Under the pieces are notes generated by a model. It saw only the letters and a program-made list of their open reading frames with translations. It searched no databases and had not been told where the DNA came from. From contig SFCQ01000014.1 in NCBI GenBank assembly GCA_004558525.1, forward strand, positions 67,346 through 131,345: 64,000 nucleotides of DNA. The letters are read 5' to 3'. The DNA comes from Clostridiales bacterium (GTDB lineage: Bacteria; Bacillota; Clostridia; Christensenellales; CAG-138). This document shows positions 27,213 through 36,077 of this stretch, piece by piece. Position numbers and translations under genes: made by a program. How positions within the stretch are numbered: position 1 is the stretch's first letter; each line of letters starts with the position of its first letter.

Positions 27213-29954
27213 TTATGGGGCAATGCCGCCTATATCCACAAGCGTTTCAGGAGCCGCCGAATCCTGCTGGTTAAAGTAATATGTATATATCTCCTCCGCC
27301 GCGGAAACGCTCCATGCGCCCGCATAGCCTGAAGGTATGCATATTACTATAACAAGCTCAGCCTCGCCCTCTCGCGGGGTATAGGATACGAACCAGCTCG
27401 TGTTCTCTATATCTATTGAGTTTATACCTATCTGGGCCGAACCTGTTTTACCGGCTATCCTGTCAAGGTATTTTTCTCGAAATTCTTCCGAAAAACCTCC
27501 TGCGGCCGTACCGTGATCCTCCAACGACACAACGCCCTTCAATCCCTGCTTTACGGCGTCCCAAAGCGCATGCCATTCCGCGCTGCCGTCGCCTATCGTG
27601 GCATATACGTCCGCGTTTTTATCCTCAACAAGGTTGCCGTTCGTGTCAACTATTCTTTCTACTATGTTAGCATCATATACGGTGCCTTCGTTTGCAAGCG
27701 CGCACACATAGCGCGCAACGGCTATAGGCGTGACCAGCGTAACGCCCTGGCCAAAGCCCGCGCGTATGGTCTGCGTAGGCTTCCACTGTATCTCGTTGAG
27801 CAGGGTAACTATTTCGCTCGTCCAGTTCTGCGTTATGCTATAGCCTTCCGGTATACCAAGCTCGTCGCTTAGTATCTTTCGTATTTCAGGTCCCTTACCG
27901 TCAAGGCCCTTGCCGTCTTGCAGCATCATCAGCCTTAATGCGCATGCTCTAATCGCGGCATCGTCAATTTCCATGCTGCGCCTTGTAACGTATTCCTTTA
28001 GCCTTTCCCTGATGCTGTTATATATAAGCACGGGAAGGCTGGTCTTCTGGCGGCTTATGCTAAGTTCGCCGTTATCGTCAAGCAGCTCGTTATCAAAAAG
28101 CACCTTCTGGCCGCCGCCTATGCCGGTCATTTCGCCTGTAAGCTCAATGTTGGTCTTTTTGTCAAGCCCGAACTTGCCTATCCATTCGTTGAGCTTATCT
28201 ATACCCATTCTGTTCGCTATCTCACAGAAATAATAGTTGCAGGAAAACGTTAACGCCTGAGTAAGATTTATGTTGGCATGGGCGCTGTGGTCACGGTAGC
28301 TCCAGCATCTTGGCGCGCCCTGCTTCTGCACTTTGATCTTACCGTCTTCATCTCTTGTATAGAAATAGTAGTAGCCGCCGTCATTATGGTCGTTTATCAG
28401 CTCTTCTATGCCTACTACGCCCTCGCTGACGCCGGCTATACCCGTAGCCGGCTTGAATATAGAGCCGGGCGCGTTGCGCTCTGATATGGCCTTGTTTCTA
28501 AGAGGCGTCGTCTTGTCAGCCCCGTCTCCAAACAGGTAGTCGGCCTGCTCCGTCGTCAAGCCCTTCATGAACCAGTTCGGGTCAAACGAAGGATAGCTTG
28601 CCATTGCAAGCACCTCGCCGCTTCTCGGATCCATAACGACTATTGCTCCCGTGGCAGCAAGGTCTATGTCTTTGCCCTTATATTTCTGTTCCTTTTCCGA
28701 CTTTTCGGCGTCATCAGCTATAAGCTCCTCTTCCTGCCTCCTCATTTTTGCTATAAGGTTTGCAAGCGCAGACTCACACTTTGCCTGAAGGTTAATTTCC
28801 ACCGTCAGCATAACGTTGTCCCCGTCCTTCGCCGGTGTGGAGGAAAGCTCCCTTGTTATGCTCAGGTTCTTGTTTATTTCAACCTCTCTTGAGCCCTGAC
28901 GCTGCTTCGTGGCGCCGGTCAGATAGGCCTCCATTGTGTACTCTACTCCGGAAACGCCTATATAATCGTCATTTGAATAAGCGAGCCCGCTCTTATCGGT
29001 CATTTTGACCTGATAATCGCCGTCGTCGCCCAGTATGTAGCCGCCGTTGTCATCCTTGAGATAATACTGCTTAAGCTCATCGCGCTTATAGCCCATCGAT
29101 ACGAGCTTTGAGGCGCTCACCGTATCGGCGCTTTTTGACAGGTACCCCAATATATGCGCCGCCGTTTCGCCCCTCGGGTAAACGCGCGTTGTGCTTTGCG
29201 CTATCTGCACGCCCACAAGCTCGTCCGAGCGTTCAACTATCTCGCTCACTACTTCCTGGCTCACGTTGTAGGCTATAGTCACCGGCTCATACGCCCTGTA
29301 GTTATTCAGCGCGACCTCCTGCCTTATCGATATTATCTTATTGGCCTGCTCAAATGAGAACTCCTCCGGTATGTACCAGTTTTTTCTGAGATAGTTATAT
29401 GAATATTCGGCAGTCGGCCACTTTTCCATATTCCATGTGGAAGGGTCCTTTGGCGTTTTGCCGTAGCCGTCCGGATCATTTATAGTGATGCCCATAGCCT
29501 CGCAGAAATTCTTGTAGCGTATACGCCTTACCCTTTCCTTGGCCTCGCTGCTTTCTACGCCGCTTATCCTCCAGTCAAAGGCTATACTGCCGTTTTCGTC
29601 AAGCACTATGTAGGAGGCGTCTATCGTGCTGCCTCCGCTTTTTTCTATTATGTCTATGGCCTTTATAAGCGATTCCGTATATATTGCGGAATCGTACTTT
29701 GTGCGGTTGTCGGCATTTCTTAAAAACTCAACATTGTAGCAGGTTTCGCTGTAAGCAAGCACAACGCCGTTCCTATCCATTATCTTGCCGCGCTCGCCCT
29801 TTATGGCTATGGTCTGGGTGGAACGGTTGTCCGCGCTTTTTGCCCAGGCCTCGCCCTCTTTTATGGTAAGCGTGCCAAGCCGGTATATGAGCGCGCCCAT
29901 CATTATTATCATTAAGACGCATATGATTATTAAACGCGATACCGGTTTTTTCAT
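27213..29954 (-). CDS. penicillin-binding protein 2-type transpeptidase (elongasome PBP), unusually long at 913 aa
   Basis: N-terminal TM anchor, a PBP dimerisation-type region (GERGKIMDRNGVVLA) and the transpeptidase motifs SIFK (SxxK) and KTG (GKTGSAQ). It follows mreBCD. Confidence 0.88.
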   Translation of the reverse strand: MKKPVSRLIIICVLMIIMMGALIYRLGTLTIKEGEAWAKSADNRSTQTIAIKGERGKIMDRNGVVLAYSETCYNVEFLRNADNRTKYDSAIYTESLIKAIDIIEKSGGSTIDASYIVLDENGSIAFDWRISGVESSEAKERVRRIRYKNFCEAMGITINDPDGYGKTPKDPSTWNMEKWPTAEYSYNYLRKNWYIPEEFSFEQANKIISIRQEVALNNYRAYEPVTIAYNVSQEVVSEIVERSDELVGVQIAQSTTRVYPRGETAAHILGYLSKSADTVSASKLVSMGYKRDELKQYYLKDDNGGYILGDDGDYQVKMTDKSGLAYSNDDYIGVSGVEYTMEAYLTGATKQRQGSREVEINKNLSITRELSSTPAKDGDNVMLTVEINLQAKCESALANLIAKMRRQEEELIADDAEKSEKEQKYKGKDIDLAATGAIVVMDPRSGEVLAMASYPSFDPNWFMKGLTTEQADYLFGDGADKTTPLRNKAISERNAPGSIFKPATGIAGVSEGVVGIEELINDHNDGGYYYFYTRDEDGKIKVQKQGAPRCWSYRDHSAHANINLTQALTFSCNYYFCEIANRMGIDKLNEWIGKFGLDKKTNIELTGEMTGIGGGQKVLFDNELLDDNGELSISRQKTSLPVLIYNSIRERLKEYVTRRSMEIDDAAIRACALRLMMLQDGKGLDGKGPEIRKILSDELGIPEGYSITQNWTSEIVTLLNEIQWKPTQTIRAGFGQGVTLVTPIAVARYVCALANEGTVYDANIVERIVDTNGNLVEDKNADVYATIGDGSAEWHALWDAVKQGLKGVVSLEDHGTAAGGFSEEFREKYLDRIAGKTGSAQIGINSIDIENTSWFVSYTPREGEAELVIVICIPSGYAGAWSVSAAEEIYTYYFNQQDSAAPETLVDIGGIAP

Positions 29955-30484
29955 TTAACGCCTCCCTGAGCATGGCTGTCATGCTCATATGTGCGTTCCA
30001 CCTTAAGCTGGCTTGCAAGCGCCCGCCGCATTATGGCGTGAAACAGCATGCACACCGCCGCCGAAAGCAGTGCGCAGGGTATTATGTATGTTCCAAGCAC
30101 GGCAAAAAAGCTGAACCTTGCGCCGGATAATGCCGAGACCACAGCCATAACACATTCCTTGAATATCGCCCCCGCCAAAGCCACGAGCGCAGGGATTATT
30201 ATATTGTCAGCATAGTATTTTTGATAGAATATCCCGCCTATCCAGCCTGCGAACATGTAGCCCATTGCGCTAAGGCCTATGCGCGGCGAAAAGAGTATAT
30301 CCGCAATAAGCCCTGTGCACAGGCCGATTATGGCTCCGCTCTTCATGCCGAGCAGCACCCCTAAAGAGGCCGCCATCGCCATAAGCACATCCGGCCTGAT
30401 GCCGCTTATATTCACCTTTGCAAAAAACACCGAATCAAGATACAGCCCCACAGCCATTGCAACAACTATATACAACCTGCGCAT
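29951..30484 (-). CDS. mreD: rod shape-determining protein MreD
   Basis: 177-aa polytopic membrane protein directly after mreC. Its stop overlaps the PBP2 start by 4 nt. Confidence 0.8.
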   Translation of the reverse strand: MRRLYIVVAMAVGLYLDSVFFAKVNISGIRPDVLMAMAASLGVLLGMKSGAIIGLCTGLIADILFSPRIGLSAMGYMFAGWIGGIFYQKYYADNIIIPALVALAGAIFKECVMAVVSALSGARFSFFAVLGTYIIPCALLSAAVCMLFHAIMRRALASQLKVERTYEHDSHAQGGVK

Positions 30485-30487
30485 AGG

Positions 30488-31327
30488 CTATTCCTCCGCC
30501 GCTTTAGGCACAAGCACAAGCACCTCTTCAAGATGCCCAAAGTCCACCGCAGGCTCTATTATAGCATTTGACTGCGAGCCTTCGGCCGACCTTCTTGTTA
30601 CCTCGGAAACGGTGCCTACCGTTATGGTCTTGGGGAATATGCTGCTCATGCCGCTTGTAACTATCTTATCCCCCGGCACAAGGTCAAAGCCTGAGGGCAG
30701 GAAATAAAGCTCAAGCTGGTTATCGCTCGTCGCGCTGAAGGAGCCCCTTACAACGCCTATATCCCTTGTGCGCTCCACCATAACGCTGACCTCGCTTGAA
30801 GGGTCGATTATAGCCGTGGCCTTGCTCCAGTTCGCGCCTACCTCTATCACCCTTCCGATAAGCCCTTCCGCACAAACAACAGGCATGTCCTTTTCTATGC
30901 CCTTGTTGCGCCCCGCGTTTATGGTAAAGGTTTCAAACCAAACCCCCTGGCTGTTGCCTGTTACAACGGCTGTAACGTATTCATAGTTTTCAAGCGTTTC
31001 AACATAGTTCAAAAGCTTTTTGAGCCGTTCATTCTCAGCCTTTAGCTTGGCGTTTTCATCGGCAGCCTGCTCAAGCTGGGCCATGCGCACCTGAAGCTGC
31101 TCAAGCTCCTTGTCGGCGTCGCTCGTTTTGAACACCTTCTGCACGAAGCTGATTATGCCGTTTGACGCTTTTGCCGCAAAGCTCTGCACAGGCTGTATTA
31201 CTGAGCCCAAGGTACTTTCTATCCAGGATACCGACCTGTCCGCGGAGGTTACAAAAGCCAATATGCCCAAAAGCAGTATAGCTATGAGCATAATGATAAG
31301 CGGCTTGTTTTTAAGTATTCCGCGCAT
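30488..31327 (-). CDS. mreC: rod shape-determining protein MreC
   Basis: N-terminal TM helix, a coiled coil (LEQLQVRMAQLEQAADENAKLKAENERLK) and a beta-barrel region with GLIGRV. Confidence 0.9.
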   Translation of the reverse strand: MRGILKNKPLIIMLIAILLLGILAFVTSADRSVSWIESTLGSVIQPVQSFAAKASNGIISFVQKVFKTSDADKELEQLQVRMAQLEQAADENAKLKAENERLKKLLNYVETLENYEYVTAVVTGNSQGVWFETFTINAGRNKGIEKDMPVVCAEGLIGRVIEVGANWSKATAIIDPSSEVSVMVERTRDIGVVRGSFSATSDNQLELYFLPSGFDLVPGDKIVTSGMSSIFPKTITVGTVSEVTRRSAEGSQSNAIIEPAVDFGHLEEVLVLVPKAAEE

Positions 31328-31441
31328 GCCGGCGTCCTTTCTATAATAATATCCTTTAACGTGTTTATTATAATAGTTTGCAGCCGCACGCGCAAGGCAT
31401 TAGCACAAAACGTCACACTAAGTTAAATTAAATAAACAGTA

Positions 31442-32473
31442 TCAGGCGTATACAGGCGATTCAAAGCTATCTGCGTCTTCGCTCAGCTTAAGCGCGCCAA
31501 GCGCCACGCAGTACATGGGATCCTCGGCAACGGTTACCCTAAGCCCCGTTTCATGCGCTATAAGCTTGTCAAGCCCCCTCAGCATGCTTCCGCCGCCGGT
31601 AAGCACTATGCCTGATTCTATTAGGTCCGCAGAAAGCTCCGGCGGTGTCTCCGAAAGCGTTTTTATAACGGCCTCTGTTATTTTTCTTACAGTAGGCGCT
31701 ATCGCGTGGCTTATCTCGCCCGAATTGAGCGTTACCGTTTCCGGAAGGCCGGTCTTTATGCTCCTGCCCCTGCACTGCATGCGCTCTGTTCCGCCTATGA
31801 GCGCCGCGCCGAGCTTGAGCTTAACGTTTTCGGCCGTCTTTTCGCCTATTCTTACAGAATACTGCGCCGCAACATACTCAACTATGGCTTCATCTATGTT
31901 TCTGCCGCCCGTGCGCACGCTCGTTTGCGCCGCAATGCCGCCAAAGCTTATCACAGCCGCGTCGGATGTGCCGCCGCCTATGTCCACTACCATGCTGCCT
32001 ACAGGCGCAAACACGTCTATTCCGGCTCCGGCCGCCGCGGCTATAGGCTCCTCAAGCACAAGCGCTTCCCTTGCGCCGCATGCCCTTACGGCCTCGCTCA
32101 AAGCCCTTCTTTCAAGCATAGTGGCGCACATGGGCAGGCATATCGTCAGGCTCGCTCCGGCGGCGCCCCTCCTTCTGCCAAAGGCCTTTATAAAAAAGTC
32201 CGTCATCATATCGCTCACGGCGTTTATGTCGGCAATAACGCCCTCCTTCATCGGGTAAATTATGTTTACGCCGCCAGGAGTGCGCCCATGCAGCATTACC
32301 GCGTCCTCTCCGCTGGCTATTATTCCTTCGGCTTTTTCCTTTTCGCTGTATACGGCGGCAGCCGTTGGCTCATTAAGCGCTATCCCCTTGCCCTGTATTG
32401 CCACAACAGTGTTTACTGTGCCAAGATCCATGGCGGCTGCTCTTGAAAAAAGCCCGCTTTTTGCAAACAGCAT
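31442..32473 (-). CDS. mreB: rod shape-determining actin homologue MreB
   Basis: DLGTVNT, VDIGGGTSD and LTGGGSMLRGL, the actin-fold phosphate and adenosine motifs. Confidence 0.93.
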   Translation of the reverse strand: MLFAKSGLFSRAAAMDLGTVNTVVAIQGKGIALNEPTAAAVYSEKEKAEGIIASGEDAVMLHGRTPGGVNIIYPMKEGVIADINAVSDMMTDFFIKAFGRRRGAAGASLTICLPMCATMLERRALSEAVRACGAREALVLEEPIAAAAGAGIDVFAPVGSMVVDIGGGTSDAAVISFGGIAAQTSVRTGGRNIDEAIVEYVAAQYSVRIGEKTAENVKLKLGAALIGGTERMQCRGRSIKTGLPETVTLNSGEISHAIAPTVRKITEAVIKTLSETPPELSADLIESGIVLTGGGSMLRGLDKLIAHETGLRVTVAEDPMYCVALGALKLSEDADSFESPVYA

Positions 32474-32563
32474 ATTATCCCCTCCTGTTTTCCCTTTTAT
32501 GGATTTATGGGAAGGATTATTGCCTTAAGCGGACAGGTTTATACAATACTTATTTTGCGGTAT

Positions 32564-33349
32564 TTATTTATTCATATCATCCGCAAAGGCTATGCTTTTT
32601 GCGCTAAGCTCCGCCCATGCCGGCCTGAAGCCCGCGCGTATGGCATTCCTTGCGCTTTTTATGTTAGACCACGCGCAGCAGTAGAAAGGCACCCTGCCCC
32701 TTTCTATTATCTCAAGCGCGAGCCTTGAGGTAAGCGCGCTGGCTATGCCCATTCTTCTATACTGCGGCAAAACGTCCACGCCTATCTGCCACATATCAAG
32801 GCAATCCGCGCTGCTTCCGGCAAGGCCCACAAGTTCCCCATTATCGTATGCGCCCACGCCAAGCACGTCAAGGTGCTTTCTCTTTTCGCACAGCGCGTTG
32901 CTCCATTGCGGAAGATAAAGCGCTTTGAAATCCTCCGGCCCAAGTATGCGCATCTCGTACGGACATTCTATACGCTCCGCTCTGTTTATATCAAAAAGCC
33001 AGTATTCCGCCATAAAGCATGCCGTCATGCCGCGCATGTTCAGCGCACGCTGGAGCACGAGCATATTCGGCGTCTCAAAGCAATGCTCCGGGGCGTACTT
33101 TGTAATATATGCCTCCACATCATGCTTTATCTCCTCATCAACGGAGGCTACAACGTTGCTGCCGTAGCTGACAAGCTGGCAGTAGAACGGCAGCTCAAGA
33201 TACTTTCTGGCATTTTCGTTGGCTTTTGATATCACCGCCTTTGGCTTTGACGAGGTAAAATCGCCGGCGTCGCAGCCAAGGTCTATCGCGGATTGCCGCA
33301 TGGCTGTTTCAAGCATATACTCGTTTGTCATATGCGCCTCCAAGCTCAA
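32564..33349 (-). CDS. GNAT-family N-acetyltransferase
   Basis: The C-terminal half has the acetyl-CoA motif QYRRMGIASALTSRL and beta-bulge residues. Confidence 0.75.
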   Translation of the reverse strand: MSLEAHMTNEYMLETAMRQSAIDLGCDAGDFTSSKPKAVISKANENARKYLELPFYCQLVSYGSNVVASVDEEIKHDVEAYITKYAPEHCFETPNMLVLQRALNMRGMTACFMAEYWLFDINRAERIECPYEMRILGPEDFKALYLPQWSNALCEKRKHLDVLGVGAYDNGELVGLAGSSADCLDMWQIGVDVLPQYRRMGIASALTSRLALEIIERGRVPFYCCAWSNIKSARNAIRAGFRPAWAELSAKSIAFADDMNK

Positions 33350-33391
33350 TGTAAGGCTTATGATAGCACATATTTTCAGCTCTTAGCAACA

Positions 33392-34222
33392 TCAGCCTAT
33401 GTGCGAGCGCCACCTCACGAGCCGTTTTTCCGTATATGCCACAGCGTAATACATAAGCGCCGCAAGCACGCACAGCACAGCTATGCTGGCCATAACAAGG
33501 TCAAGCTTGAACACCTGGCCACCGTACACTATAAGATAGCCAAGTCCGGCCTTTGATACCAGGTATTCGCCAACTATCACGCCTACCCAGCTCATGCCTA
33601 CGCTTATTTTGAGCGCATTCATAATAGTCGGTAAAGAGGCCGGAAACACCACGATGGTGAATATTTGCAGCTTGCTTGCGCCGAGCGTCTTCATCAAAAG
33701 CTGCTTTTCACCGGTTATTTCATTGAATCCGGCAAGCACGGTCATTATGGTGACAACAAGCGATATCAAAAGCGCCATGACCACTATGCTCGTTATGCCG
33801 GCGCCGAACCACACTATTAGTATTGGCCCAAGGGCTATCTTTGGCAGCGCGTTAAGCACAACAAGGTAAGGGTCAAGAATATCGCACAGCGTTGGGCTCC
33901 ACCACAGCCCTATTGCTATCAGCGTTCCTGCGGCCGTGCCTAAAAAAAAGCCCAGTACGGTCTCATAAAGCGTTATGCCGATATGCGTAAACAGTTCTCC
34001 GCCGGAGTAAAGCCTGAACACGGTCTGTGCCACGCGCACAGGAGAACTGCCTATAAACGGGTCTATCATGCCGACCCTTGCAAATATCTCCCAAAGCGAT
34101 ATAAGCGCAACGAGCAGCGCCCAGCGCGACAGCGTCACGAGGCGCTTTTTGCGTATAAGGCGCGCAACATACGCCCTATGCTCCTGCGAAAAGCCGTATT
34201 GTGCGGCACTATGTTTCGTCAT
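33392..34222 (-). CDS. ABC transporter permease (SsuC/TauC-type, binding-protein-dependent family)
   Basis: Six predicted TM helices and an EAA-like loop (MKTLGASKLQIFTIVVFPASLP). I set the start at 34222 (GGAGGG 9 nt upstream), which overlaps the ATPase stop by 14 nt. The ORF track starts at 34300. Confidence 0.85.
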   Translation of the reverse strand: MTKHSAAQYGFSQEHRAYVARLIRKKRLVTLSRWALLVALISLWEIFARVGMIDPFIGSSPVRVAQTVFRLYSGGELFTHIGITLYETVLGFFLGTAAGTLIAIGLWWSPTLCDILDPYLVVLNALPKIALGPILIVWFGAGITSIVVMALLISLVVTIMTVLAGFNEITGEKQLLMKTLGASKLQIFTIVVFPASLPTIMNALKISVGMSWVGVIVGEYLVSKAGLGYLIVYGGQVFKLDLVMASIAVLCVLAALMYYAVAYTEKRLVRWRSHIG

Positions 34223-34964
34223 GGTCAAGCTCCCTCCATATAGCGTTGAAATAATACTTGAACGATTCCGCGTTGCGCCGCTGTATGGGCTTTTGCTCAT
34301 CTATATCTATTATATGCTCCGCCTTTATGCGCGTTGGGCGCGAGGAAAACACAAGCACCCTGTCGCCCATGGATACGGCCTCAGATATATCGTGGGTAAC
34401 GAGTATTACCGTTTTCCCCTCTTCCTTTAATATAGAATGGATCTCGTCTCCAAGCCTTAAGCGCGTTTGGAAATCAAGCGCGGAAAACGGCTCGTCTAAA
34501 AGCAGCAATTCGGGCTTTGTGGCAAGCGTCCTTATAAGCGCCACCTTTTGGCGCATGCCGCCGGAAAGCTGACCCGGATAGCGCGCGCTGAACTCCCCTA
34601 ATCCATATCTTACAAGCAGGCCAAGCGCATATGCGCGCGTTTCGTTGTTAATGCTCCTCTGCACCTCCAGCCCGAGAAGCACGTTGCCTTCCACCGTGCG
34701 CCAATCCAGCAGATGATCCTGCTGCAGCATGTATCCCGGCCTGCCGCAGTTGAGGCTCAGCCTGCCTCCGCTCGGTTTGGTTATGCCCGCAACAAGGCTG
34801 AGCACGCTCGTCTTTCCGCAGCCGGACGGGCCGACTATGGATACGAACTCACCCTTTTTAACACTGAAGCTGAGGTTGGATATAGCTGCGGTTTCGCCCT
34901 GCGCATCGTGATAATTAAGGCTTACGCCGTCAAATTCAACTATAAGATCATTATTGCCGTTCAT
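34209..34964 (-). CDS. ABC transporter ATP-binding protein (SsuB/TauB-type)
   Basis: Walker A GPSGCGKTS, signature LSGGMRQ and Walker B LLLLDEP. I set the start at 34964 (GGAGG 5 nt upstream). The ORF track starts at 35030. Confidence 0.9.
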   Translation of the reverse strand: MNGNNDLIVEFDGVSLNYHDAQGETAAISNLSFSVKKGEFVSIVGPSGCGKTSVLSLVAGITKPSGGRLSLNCGRPGYMLQQDHLLDWRTVEGNVLLGLEVQRSINNETRAYALGLLVRYGLGEFSARYPGQLSGGMRQKVALIRTLATKPELLLLDEPFSALDFQTRLRLGDEIHSILKEEGKTVILVTHDISEAVSMGDRVLVFSSRPTRIKAEHIIDIDEQKPIQRRNAESFKYYFNAIWRELDHDET

Positions 34965-35076
34965 ACTGGCCTCCATATCGTTATACCACACAATATTCTG
35001 TAACTTCATCTGTGGTGACGGCGGCAACAAAGGTATGCATGGCGCGTATTATGGTATATAAGAAGGGGGGATTTCC

Positions 35077-35262
35077 ATGCTGCAAAGAAGGCCTGCCACG
35101 GTATTTGTGCGCAAGCGCTGCGTAAAGCGCAAGACCATACGCTCGGCATTATTATTTATAATAATACTGATAGTGCTTTTATGCTGCGAGGTAAGCTTTT
35201 TGCTTGCGCTGCTGCTCAGCGGCGCGGCGGTGATAACCATACGCATACTTGTGCTGCCATAG
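35077..35262 (+). CDS. candidate small basic/hydrophobic membrane peptide (61 aa)
   Basis: MLQRRPATVFVRKRCVKRKTIRS followed by about 36 hydrophobic residues. The RBS aagggggg lies 6 nt upstream, and a TGn-TATATA extended -10-like element lies about 20 nt upstream. No homology is recognised. Confidence 0.25.
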   Translation: MLQRRPATVFVRKRCVKRKTIRSALLFIIILIVLLCCEVSFLLALLLSGAAVITIRILVLP

Positions 35263-35295
35263 CTATTTAATTAGCTTTGACGTCCATTCTTTCGC

Positions 35296-35424
35296 TTATT
35301 TGGCACAGTACGTCCCCTCCGTCATTGCGTCGTATACAATGCTATCAAGCCGTCTCAGCTCTGCTCTGTACGCGCTTTTTCCCTTTTCGGTTATCCTGTA
35401 TGTTCTTTTGCGGCCCTCTATATG
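35296..35424 (-). pseudogene. 5'-truncated PadR-family regulator remnant (C-terminal 42 codons only)
   Basis: On the minus strand it reads HIEGRKRTYRITEKGKSAYRAELRRLDSIVYDAMTEGTYCAK*, which matches the PadR wing and following helix (GRxRKYYxITEKG...). An in-frame TGA lies immediately upstream and there is no start codon. Confidence 0.45.
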
Positions 35425-35461
35425 TCAACTTGCAATAAAAAGCCGCATTAAGGTGCGGCAC

Positions 35462-35656
35462 AGCCTGTCGATAAACCCTGGGGTTGTTAAGGGGCGGCTG
35501 CCCCTTAAGCTTTATTCCGGCTCTGACGGCATGCACGTCAGAACGGATAAAAACCTTCAGGTTTTCGTACCTTGCGGGTTTTGCCGCCCGGGAGCTAATG
35601 CGAGAGGCAAAACCCGTGAAAACTCGAAAAAGTGGCGTTCAGCCACTTATCGAGCC
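35462..35656 (-). repeat. structured intergenic repeat, copy 5 (its hairpin-1 end overlaps the ysnB-like CDS 3' end)
   Basis: On the plus strand it runs from agcctgtcgataaaccc... to ...gccacttatcgagcc. All modules are present. The terminal motif is altered (cgataag instead of cgaaaaag). Confidence 0.9.
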
Positions 35657-36077
35657 TTGCAAAGCTTTTTGCGCGGCCGTTCCTCGGCGCCGACGGGCTG
35701 CCCGGGCATATCAGCTGCACGCCGGCCATGTATTCTATTTCAGACACATGGGTATGCCCGTATAAAGCGGCGCAGCAGCCAAGCTCCTGAGCCCTCAGCG
35801 CGAGCCTGAGTCTATCATAGCTTACGGCAAACGTATGCCCGTGCGCGATAAGCAGCTTTGCTCCGGCCAGGTTAATCGCCATTTCCGCCGGTATGTCGCC
35901 CGCATCGCAATTTCCCTTCACTCTGTACGCCGGCTTGTTTGATTCCATTTCAAGCCAGTCCGCTTCCCTTTGCCCGTCGCCAAGGAAAATCCACGCTTCC
36001 GCTTCCTCAAGCTTCCTGTATGCCTGCTCAGCCGCGAACACATCGCCGTGGGTATCGCTCAATACTCCAACTATCAT
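35595..36077 (-). CDS. YfcE/YsnB-type metallophosphoesterase (MJ0936 family) whose last ~20 codons are repeat-derived
   Basis: SDTHGD, GDG, GNCD, HGH and GHTH motifs. After ...PGSPSAPRNGRAKSFA the reading frame runs into repeat copy 5 (RLDKWLNATFSSFHGFCLSH*). Confidence 0.8.
   Translation of the reverse strand: MIVGVLSDTHGDVFAAEQAYRKLEEAEAWIFLGDGQREADWLEMESNKPAYRVKGNCDAGDIPAEMAINLAGAKLLIAHGHTFAVSYDRLRLALRAQELGCCAALYGHTHVSEIEYMAGVQLICPGSPSAPRNGRAKSFARLDKWLNATFSSFHGFCLSH

Noticed and set aside
15079-32446. Many ORFs of 60-316 aa on the plus strand. Examples are 15079-15702, 16572-17264, 18690-19301, 19302-19985, 19679-20629, 21774-22637, 25416-26201, 26478-27158, 31515-32258 and 31706-32446.
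   Set aside because: All are antisense or out of frame relative to lon, lonB, clpX, clpP, tig, pncB, lgt and mreB. None has convincing translation signals. They are treated as shadow ORFs.
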